Positions 54,795-64,000 of a DNA stretch of 64,000 bases are shown piece after piece; position 1 is the first letter of the stretch, and every line of letters starts with the position of its first letter. A program made the position numbers and the translations under genes. The notes below the pieces were generated by a model. The model was not told the origin of the DNA. It made no database searches and saw nothing but the letters and a program-made list of their open reading frames with translations. Source of the stretch: Lama glama (Eukaryota); the NCBI GenBank assembly GCA_028534125.1, contig CM052849.1, forward strand, positions 434,001 to 498,000. The letters run 5' to 3'.

Positions 54795-57599
54795 TAGGGT
54801 GTCTTGGCAGAGGAGGGCGCTTCCCTGTGGGCCTCCTGGCATCCCTGCCTCACAAGAAGGCTTGGACACAGGGAGGTGTGGTGGGCACCTCCTTGCCAGA
54901 CCAGCTCCTCCCAGGCGTTTGCCCTGCTGTAGGAGCTTCTAGTCATGCCGGGTCTTCAGGAGGCGGCCCGGGCCTGTGCTGCCCTCCCTCCTGCTCTCCA
55001 GCAGTCCTGCTCCCCTGCCCGTGTGTGCATGGCTTATGTCACTGCTCAGACCCCAACACAGTAATGACTCATGTCTCTGGGTAGACTGAGCTCTAGGGCA
55101 GGGGCTCTCCCTCAGTCAGCTTTGTGCTCCTGGTACACAGTCGGTGCTCATTAAATGTGTGTGAGCCCATGGCTGAGCTGTGGTGTGGTGGCTGCTGACT
55201 GAGCAGAGTCCTTGCCCATCATCAGGAGCAGAGGCCTAGGCCCCAGTGCCCAGTCAGCGTTGCACGTGTGATTTCTGATGGGGGCTTGGAGCATCGCAGG
55301 GTCTGGCTGAAGGGGTTGGGACAGAGTGGGTGGGAGTAGGAGGCTCGGTGGGGGCAGTGTGGCTAGAGGTCGAGTGGGGAGTAAGCAGTGGACCAGAACT
55401 GTGGGGCTGCAGGGCCAGAGGGCTGGGGTGGAGAAGGGCTCACCCTGCACGGGGCAGGTTTCCTAATGACCAGTGAGGTCAGCACCGGACAGACACAGTG
55501 CCCCTGCACAGAGGGCAGGTAGGCAAGCATTTCCAGTCCATTTGGGTTTTGCAATTGTGGAAACAAAGCAGAGCACCTTTTTGGAAAGTAGGAGGGAAAC
55601 ATAAGTGGAAATGTGAACTGCAACTGAAACGATTCATTTTAGGAAAAACAGTAACAAGTGGGTAAAACGTTTTAAGTCAAATAGATATCTTTGGGATTAT
55701 TTCATTCAGTAGTTTGCTGGAAAAGGCCCTGGGTCCGGGTGGTGTTACTTGAGAGTTACTCTAAGGCTCAGACATCCAGTAAGTACAGCACTTGTAGCTG
55801 TGCATCTTGGAAAGACTCTTAGGCGGCGGTGGCTTTTACTGATCAGGTGTGAGATCTGGACGGTCCTGCCCAGCCTGGTCGCACTGCTGCCCCCGTGCTG
55901 TCACTCAGGCCCGGCCCTCCTGTGGGTCCAGGGTTGTTGGCAATGTCAGGACTCTTGTCTGAGCTGGTGAGATGCCTCTGGCCACAGAGCCTGGAGCCGC
56001 CCTCGGACAGACACCCAGTCAGCGCCCCTCTGCCCAGCCTGCCCTTTCTGCTTCCACTTAGTGGACCTGGAGTGAATTCCTTCAGCTCGAGATTGTCCTC
56101 TTCCCTGGTGACTCCTGGGCCTCTTGGGACCTGTCCTCCCAGACAGCTCCTGGGGCCTGGGTTGTGGTAGCACACCTCTCCTGAGGGCTGGCTCTGCGGG
56201 ACTGGCCTGAGGGGACTTGGGCAGAGACCAGACAGATGGCCTGTGAAGAACAGATCCTGCCATCGGGCCTGCACCATGAAGGGAGGGGCAGGAGGGCAGG
56301 CTTGGTGGCCAGGCTGTAGGCTGCCCATTCCAGGGTGCCTGCGTGGTGCAGTCAGGGGAGTCTGGAAGGGAGCTGTGCCCTGCCTTTGGACAGAGGTGAT
56401 GACCCACCTGCTTTCCCCTTGTCGGGGGGAGGAGCACACGGCCAGGAGTGAGCCCTGCGCGCACGGTGGCAGGAAGGCCCTTGGGTCATTCCCTACTCTT
56501 GGCTCTGCACAGGCAGGCAGGCAACCCGGGGGTCGGTGCTCTAGGGACACAATGCCTGGCAGGGTTTGCTGGGTGTGCTCAGGGTGGGCTGGGGTGTTGG
56601 GGCCTGCTTTCCAGATGGTCGTGTCTGTCCCTCACTCCCTTGGAAATACCCGGAGGTTTCATTTCCTAAAGCTACGACACGGGGCACTGTGGGAGGGCTT
56701 TTGAAGCACCTGACTCCACGGAAAATTCTATGTCTGGAAGTATGGAGGATGAGGTCCTGTTTTGTATCTCACATTTTTTTAAAGCTGCAAGAATGAGAGG
56801 ACTTCGAAATCGGTGTGGACAGATGAGCAGCGGAGGACGGAGAACTCTGAGATAAAGTCAAACGAACAGAGGGATTTCGTTCACACACGTGGTGCTGCTC
56901 CTTATTAACGGGGGTAGGGTGGACCATTCTACGAAAAGAACTGGAGCAACGGGTCAGTCACCGGGAACAGTGACACCGGGCACCTGCCTCTACCAGCCAT
57001 ACTCTGGGACAGAGTTAATGTTAAAAAGTCTTAAAAGTACACAGGGAGATTGGGGGTGAACTGTTTCTCTGCTGTGATTCCAGAACTTGGATGTCCTAGG
57101 TGCCTGGGACTGCAGGAGGCGTGGAGGTGCTCTTTGGCACTGTTGGTGGGAGCATCACAGGCCAGGATTGGCCGTAGCAGCCGTGGGCCTGCCTGCGGAT
57201 GGATGCTGCTTGCTCTGTGGCGGCATTGACCTCCAAGCCATCGGAGTAGCTGGTCCTCACGGGGCGGGGGGGAGGGCCGAATGCCACCACGTTGTGCACT
57301 GGCCGGAGCCCCAGCAACTGTTAACAGCCCAGAGGTGCAGCGGGGAGGAGCAAGGTGACGGGGCTGCCGGGGCCGAGTTGTCAGGGTGGGCACCAGTACT
57401 GCAGAAAGGAACCTCCGGTGTCTCCGCAATCCCGTCCATCGCTGTCCCTCGGCCGACGTGGATGGTTCCTCCGGACACATCCCTCCACCACTGTGAAGCA
57501 CAGGTGGTGCGCTTGACTGCCCCGTCTAGCGGCCCAAGAAGCCTCTGCCCCTTTCGTGAGCACTGATCTCCACAGGTGGGTGGGCTCTCAGCATGGCCC

Positions 57600-57970
57600 A
57601 GCCCCGCAGCCAAGTCCCCACTGTCCTCTGCGGGCCTCTGCTCGGGCAGCGGGGCTTAAACGACAGTGTGTCTCCTCCTGGTTCTGGGCCTGGATGTCCG
57701 AGGTCTGGGTGTCATGAGGCTGTTCCTCCTGAGGCCTTTCTCCTTGGCCTGTGCACACCCTCATCTCCCTGTGTCCCCATGGCCGTCCCCAGGGTGCCTG
57801 CATCCTCCTCTCATGAGGACACCAGTCCTGTTGGATTGGGACCCACCCGTGTGACCTCATTTAACCTTAATTACCTCCTTAAAGGGTCCACCCCCAAGCA
57901 CGGCCACGTTGAGGTGCTGGGAGTAGAACTCAGTGTCAGGGGAGGGAGGCACAGCTTAGCCCACAGTAAC
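57600..57970. mobile_element. MaLR (MLT1-like) LTR
   Basis: ggggcttaaacgacag...gaggacaccagtcctgttggattgggacccacc...tgacctcatttaaccttaattacctccttaaag. Confidence 0.75.
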
Positions 57971-58099
57971 GCCTGAGCTGAATTCCTCTCTCGTTTTTGC
58001 AGTTTGGGGCAGTGCTCGTCAGCACCCTTCCACGTGGTCCCTGTGTGCAGAGCTGTCCCAGCCCCCGACGACGTGCCCCACTGTCCCGTATCCAGGACT

Positions 58100-58365
58100 C
58101 CTTTTCCTAAGAAGCCTCTCCCTGCCTGAGGGTGCACAGACATTACCATGTATTTCCAAGTTCGGATGTTTCCTTTTACGTTGACTCTGGAATCTCCTTG
58201 TAACTAACAGAGACGATCTGCTGCCATCACAACCTGTGAAGAGCAGACCCGCCCACCTGCGCCTCACCTGTAACACGAGTGGGGAATAAACGTTGGATGT
58301 GTGAAGCCACAAGTTTTGGGGCTTGTGTTTTCCACAGCATGACCTAGTCAGTCCTGACCGATAGC
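58100..58365. mobile_element. Degenerate MaLR/ERVL LTR fragment
   Basis: ggaataaacgttggatgtgtgaagccacaagttttggggcttgtgtttt resembles an MLT LTR 3' end. Confidence 0.45.
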
Positions 58366-61300
58366 ACCCTGCTTCACCTCCCCACAGGGCACGGGCTGCC
58401 AGCATCAGGCTGGTGCTAGGCTGGCTGCACCTGTCCCTGGTGCCCTGCCCTGTACATGCCTGGCTCTCTGGTCTGGCCTGTCCCCACTAATTAAGTGGCT
58501 CTATACTGAGTCTTCATTATCTGATAGAGAAACACCACCCCTCTACCCTTGTTCTGCAAATCATCTTAGCAGGTTTTTGCAACATGTTTTATCCCAAACA
58601 CAGAGTGAGAGGGTGGGACAGGGGACCACGGTGTGGCCGTCACCCAGCTCTAGGGGTGGTCAGCCCTCACCCTGGGGGCACCGTGTTGCTGGACTGCCTA
58701 GCCCAGCACGATGTCTGGGATGGCAGGCGCCCTGAGCTCACTGTCTCTCTGGGCTATAGATGGGTGGTCTGTTCCAGGGCATGAAGGGTGAGCCAGGGAT
58801 GAGCCCCTGGCCTGCAGGGCACCCTGTTCCTTGTCCTCCTGCTTTGGGGGTGCTCGTCCACCTGCCCAGCACCCTGTCTCCCCATTGGCGGGGCCGTCCG
58901 AAGGCAGGGAGGGACGTCTCTGGGCTGCTCTCCACCCATGGTCTGGGCAGGGAGCCTGGGCCAGTGGTCAGGAGTGAGCCCACGCCCTGCCTGGTGGGTG
59001 CCACTCTTCATGGCTGAAGTGTGGCTGCTGCGTGACAGCCCAGACCCCTGCTCCTCCCCGCTGTGCCTCTGGGCTGTTAGCCCCAGGAGACAGCAAGCTC
59101 AGCATTCCTGCCAGCCAGAGACTCTGCTAGGCCAGGCAGACTAGTGACACGGTGCCCCCAGGGCGAGGGCTGACCACTGTGCCACCACACCACGTGGTGG
59201 CATTTGTCTCTCTCACCCTCCTGTGAGGAGAGACAACTGTGGCTGCTGGAAGCGCCACATTGCCCCCCACGAGTCCTCGGGCAGACTCTCCACTGTATAC
59301 TTCTATGCCGTAGGCAAGGCTTTCTAAAGGCCATGTGTGGGTGGGGAGGTGGGAGGCCCATGAGGGCCTGCAGGGTAGGGATCCAAGAGGCACGGGCTTG
59401 GCCAGGCACCTGGTCAGTGTGCTGTCCCCTGGGGCACAGCAGCCTCACCACCTTGGCCCAGTGATCTCCAATGACAGGGTGCAAAGGGGCTTCAGGTGGT
59501 GGCACCTGGGAGGGTGGCCTGGGCCAGTGCGGTTTTGCCCCTGCGCCTGCCATGGCCTCCCGGTCCCTTCATTGTCCCCCAACTCCCAGCAAGTTGCTGA
59601 ACTTCTCCAAGCCTCTCTCTTGCCTCCTGTAAACTGGAGAGAGTCTGCCTCAGGGCTGCGCCCTGCCCACCGTCCCTCCCGTGAGGTCAGTGTGAGTGTA
59701 CGTGTACCAGACAGGTGTGGGCACGGTGCACAACTGGGGATGTGTGGTGCATCCCTGGGCGTGTTCCCCACTCGAGGTGGCCTCTGCCACAGGAGCAGCC
59801 ACTTGCACCCCGGAAGAACATGCCCCCCAGCACCACCCTTAGGGGCCCCCTGGCACCAGCCCCTGGGAGCATTGTCTGGGTGCAGCCGTCAGCACTAGGC
59901 AGCTGGCCCCAGTGGACCAGACCTCCTGGAGGAAGTGGCCCCAGAAGCTGGCAGTAGCCCTAGGATGGTCACGTTTCCTGTAAAACTCGGAGCTCTTCCC
60001 CAGGAGCAAGCAGGCCGCAGCCTCTTGTTGGCCCAGGTCCCACCCCTGCCCGTAAGTGCCACAGGCCGACTGAAAACGCCCAGTGGGCTTCCTTCCTGCC
60101 ATCCCCAGGCTCCATGGACCCGGCAGCCCTCACCCTGGTGTTTCCTCTCAGCCCAGCCAGGACGCCCGTCCCCCAGTCCCAAGGAGTCCCACTCGCAGCT
60201 CAGTGCCCGCAGCTGCAGGAAGCACCTCTCACACCTCGTGTGTTCACGCCTTGCCCGCCACGCGAGGCTCCAGGAGGCTCACTGCTGCTGTGGTGGTGGC
60301 GGGTTAGGGGAGGTCGGGTGCGGTGGGCTGGTGGGAGGGGCCTACTCAGCTCTGCCCGTGCACCCAGTGCAGCACGTGGACCTTGACCCCCAAAGAGGAG
60401 CCTGGTCCCAGGAGTCTGCCCTCTGCTGTGTTCTTCCCCAAACGCGGGGGCAAGTCAGGAGGGGCGCACAAAGCCCCAAGGGGCTCCACGGGATTCAGCT
60501 GCCCCGGGGGGCCTGGGATGCTGCCCTAGGGAGGTGAGGTCGGTGCCGCTGCTGCTTGGGGTGTGGGGCCTGCTGGAGAGGCAGTGTCCCCTCCTGGGAG
60601 CCGGAAGCAGCCCAGCTTTGTGGGAGAAGTGACTTGCTTCTCTTGGATGGAATACGAGGCTCGGGCCCAGGACGAGGGGGTGGGTGGCCATCTTCCCTGG
60701 GGTCTTCAGGAGCACAGCACCCGGCTGCACCCCAAAAACCGTGTACATAGCTGTCCTCTGAGTTCGCTGTGCAGTTCACAGGTCACAGGGAGATGCCCTG
60801 CCCACGAGGGGCCCAGGCTGGGCTTGGGAGTCTTCCCTGTGCCCCCAGAACAGCCGGCACCAGGCCTGCCAGCCCCGGGCCCAGCACAGTCAGGCACCAC
60901 TGAGGCTGCCCCCCAGCTGCTGGGCAACACTGTGCCAGAGGCAGGCAGGCCTGGGACCCCACCCCCAGGAGCACACAGAGGTACATCAGGGCCGGGGGAG
61001 GTGGGAAGGGCCTGTCCTGGGGAAGGCGGTACAGGGATGGCGCCCGGTTCCCTGTCCGCACTGGGCTCTGAGGCCCGCAGTGCACAGGGCTGCCTGTGGC
61101 ACCGTCCCCCCCCCACATCCCCCCCACCCCCACCCTGGGATGGGATCTCCATCTTTGAAGCCACGGATACTGACAGAGGATTCAATGAATCCAAGGTCGC
61201 CAGCCGGGCGTTGACAGATGCCCGGCCACGATTCTATTTCTGATTTAATAACCGAATGGGAGGCTGGCCCTCGGTAATAATTAGGGCTAATTACTGAGGA

Positions 61301-62689
61301 GGTGTTGACAGACGGGCTGAGAGGAGACAAACTACCTTTATCCCGGGGCTTAGAGTCGGGTTACCGGCCGGCGCTTTCTGCCCCTCAGAAGGAGACGCTT
61401 CAATCACTCACCGAGGCTTCAAAGGGGAAGGGGCCCTGACAACGCCCGGGCCTGGAAAGGAGCGATGAAGTGGGCCTTTGACTCGGACGGCCACATAGAG
61501 CCCCGTCCAGAAATGGTTTCTTTGTGAAGTTTGAGTTCCCCGGGCAAAGCTGCCCCTGCGCTCGGGCCAGGAGGGGCTGCGTGGGTGCGGGCGGGCTGCT
61601 GCCATGGCAGGCCCGACCCTCCGGGTCCCTCCCCGGCTGGGCCTGCGCCGGCAGCCCACAGGGTGGCGGGGCGGCGCGGCGTGTTTTCCTGGGCCCGGGA
61701 GCGCGTGCAGTCCTTTGTGGCCGAGAATGGCAGGTAACGGGACAGAGATGGTCATCTGCTCCCTCAGGCCGCTCCCCACCATCCGCCCTGTCTCACCTGG
61801 AGCACAGCTTCTCCACAGCCCTCATGGGCGGGCCTGGCCTCTCTGCAGGGGGCTGTGTCCTCACGGGCAGGCCTGGCCTCTCTGTAGGGGCAGGGTGTGT
61901 GTCCTTGGCCTTATTTATGGCCTGGGTGTCACTCGCAGGGTGCCCCCACCCCGTCTTGAGCGGTGAGCCAACATGCTGGCTGGGCTGCTGACCCCGGGGC
62001 CTCAGTCATGAGAGGGGATGACTTGGAGGATCGCCCTGTGTCGTGGGCTGGTGGTCGATGCTGTGTGTGTGTACCTGCTGACTCACCTGGTCTCCCTGCA
62101 CTTCAAGGACCCCAGTTCCTGGTGTGAAGCAGAGGTTTCCCAGTGACTTGGCCTGGACCATCCAGGCCACTGCATCTGTAATGTGGCATTGAGGGCCAGT
62201 TCTGGGATTCAGGCCCTGCTGTGGTCTGCCCTGCTCAGGACAGCCTGTCCAGGTGTGGCCTGGGTGGTGCGGAGGGAGGGGGTCTCTTCCTCCTGGCCTG
62301 AAGTCTTCCCACCAGAATGACTGTGCTGCTGTGGAGAAGACGGTGTTGCTGGATCAGCATCCCCCTTTCCCGCGTGCCGCCCTGCTCCTGGGAGGAATAG
62401 GGTGGAGATGGTGAAAGATCCCAGGAAGTTGCCTGACTGAGTACCGACCGCCCTGTGTCGGCACTACTGATGAGTCTAAGTCTGTTTACATTAGGGCAAA
62501 AATAGGATGGTATATTTATTTCAATACGGGAAGCACTTAAAGAGTGGCCTTACGTCTGTTTAAATTCACCTGGACTGGATTAGAAACTGGCTCTAAAGCC
62601 AGAACAATCCATGCAGAAGACTGGGTTTTCATGACATATTAGGTAAATAAAATACCACTAAATGCAGCTGGAGAAAAAACAGCCTCCAA

Positions 62690-64000
62690 ATATTGTCCAG
62701 TGTATTTTATTTGAAAAGTAGCCTCCCAGAAGATGGCGGAGAGGGCAGCGGCCCAGTACGGTACCAAGCGGCGGTGGAAAGGTGCCCACAGAGATGGGCC
62801 AGTGCCTCACTGGTGGGAGCCCAGCCCGGAGCTGGTTCAGATGTCCGTAGTTTTCTCTCAGCCCTCCTCCCGTCCAGGACCCACTGGGGACTCCATGACG
62901 TTTGGTCGTCACATCTCCTTTGGGTCCTCTTGGGGTCCTCTTGGCTGTGAGCCTCCCATTGCCCCTCATTCATGAGGGCCCTCCACTGGGACTGTCACAT
63001 CTTTTTCTTGAGATTAGACTGGGGTTTGGGTTTCAGGAGCCATCACGTCATATCGGGGGTGTGCTGACCTCGATCACCTGCTGGTAGCAGGGGTCAGGGC
63101 CCCTGGTGAAGCTGCCCCCTCCAGGCTGCTCTCTTAGGAAGGCAGCCCCCCACCCCACCCCGCACACCCCTGCCAGGGTGGGAGTTCTGCACAGATTTGA
63201 CTCCTCTCCCCTTTGTGTATTTCTTGGATCATTTCTCCCATCGCTGTGGACTCGTGGGTCCTTCCCACAATCGTGACTGTCCTGTCACGCACTTACAGGG
63301 AGTCTTAACACGTGTCTGCAAACCACACCTCTGCCTCAGAGCCCTCCTCTCACTTCCCCGGTGGTCAGCTCGCCCCGGCCCTGGCCCCGGCCCCGGCCCC
63401 GGCCCCTCCAGTCTCGCCGTCCACCTGGCCCCGCCCTTTCTAGAACTCTGTGTGAAGAAGGCCACGTAGTTGTAGCCTGCCCCTCCACCCCGTGATTCTC
63501 TGGGGTTCGTCCACGGCGCTGCACCTATCAATACTTGGTGCCTTTTGTTATTGCTCAGGAATGGGGTCATTTAGGTTATTTCGCATTTGGGCAGATTCTG
63601 AGTGGAACCTTGAGGAGCAGCCAGGGACGGGCTTTTGTTTACACATCGCTTTCATTTCTCTGGAATAAATATCCGGAGGCAGGGTCTCCGGCAACGTGAC
63701 ACTCAACTTCGAGTTCCCGGAAGCCGCCCAGGTGTTGTCCAGGGTGCTGTGCGCAGGATGCACTGGGTGTCCCCACCAGCGTCCCCACCCGCACTTGGTT
63801 GCCTCCTGAGCCCCGAGGGCTGCTGCTGCCGAGCACCGTCTTGTGCTCCCAGCTTCGCTGCTCTGTGCATTTCTAAACTGGGTCGTTTAGTTCCTGTTGA
63901 ACTTTTTAAAAGTATTACTGATACACAGTGAAGTGCACATATTTAAAGTGGCTAATTTGACAAGTTCCGGCACCTGTGTGAGCATCGCCACACTGGAGAC
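62690..64000 (-). mobile_element. Antisense old L1M fragments
   Basis: ctttttcttgagattagactgggg, gctttcatttctctggaataaatatccggag and gtgaagtgcacatatttaaagtg are antisense L1 3'-region motifs. Boundaries approximate. Confidence 0.5.

Noticed and set aside
54800-64000. GNB1L coding exons
   Set aside because: No WD40 or GNB1L-like peptide found; the first coding exon probably lies beyond the window end.

Overview
GC-rich mammalian genomic DNA syntenic with human 22q11.21. A tRNA-Ala-derived SINE resembling camelid vic-1 suggests an alpaca, llama or camel source (inference). The window holds four loci. (1) The 5' part of COMT on the - strand: the first coding exon at 58-340 and a non-coding first exon in the CpG island at ~8.8-9.0 kb. 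(2) The complete TXNRD2 gene on the + strand: 17 coding exons totalling 1557 nt (518 aa), a CVNVGC active site, a C-terminal Gly-Cys-Sec(TGA)-Gly-stop, a 3'UTR exon with SECIS and polyA signal, and one U12-type intron. (3) A CpG-island promoter and non-coding 5' exons attributed to GNB1L/RTL10. (4) The nested Gag-derived gene RTL10 (C22orf29/BOP), which here looks inactivated: at least two frameshifts, two in-frame stops, and a 146-bp insertion identical to sequence 1272 bp downstream. The rest is intronic or intergenic, with L1, ERV/MaLR, MER2-like and SINE remnants, several AT-rich motif-dense candidate enhancers and one 164-N gap. Gene identities and human comparisons come from recalled protein sequences and exon structure; no database search was run. 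I found no evidence of a wholly new biological system. The strongest candidates for something undescribed are the apparent loss of RTL10 and its templated insertion.
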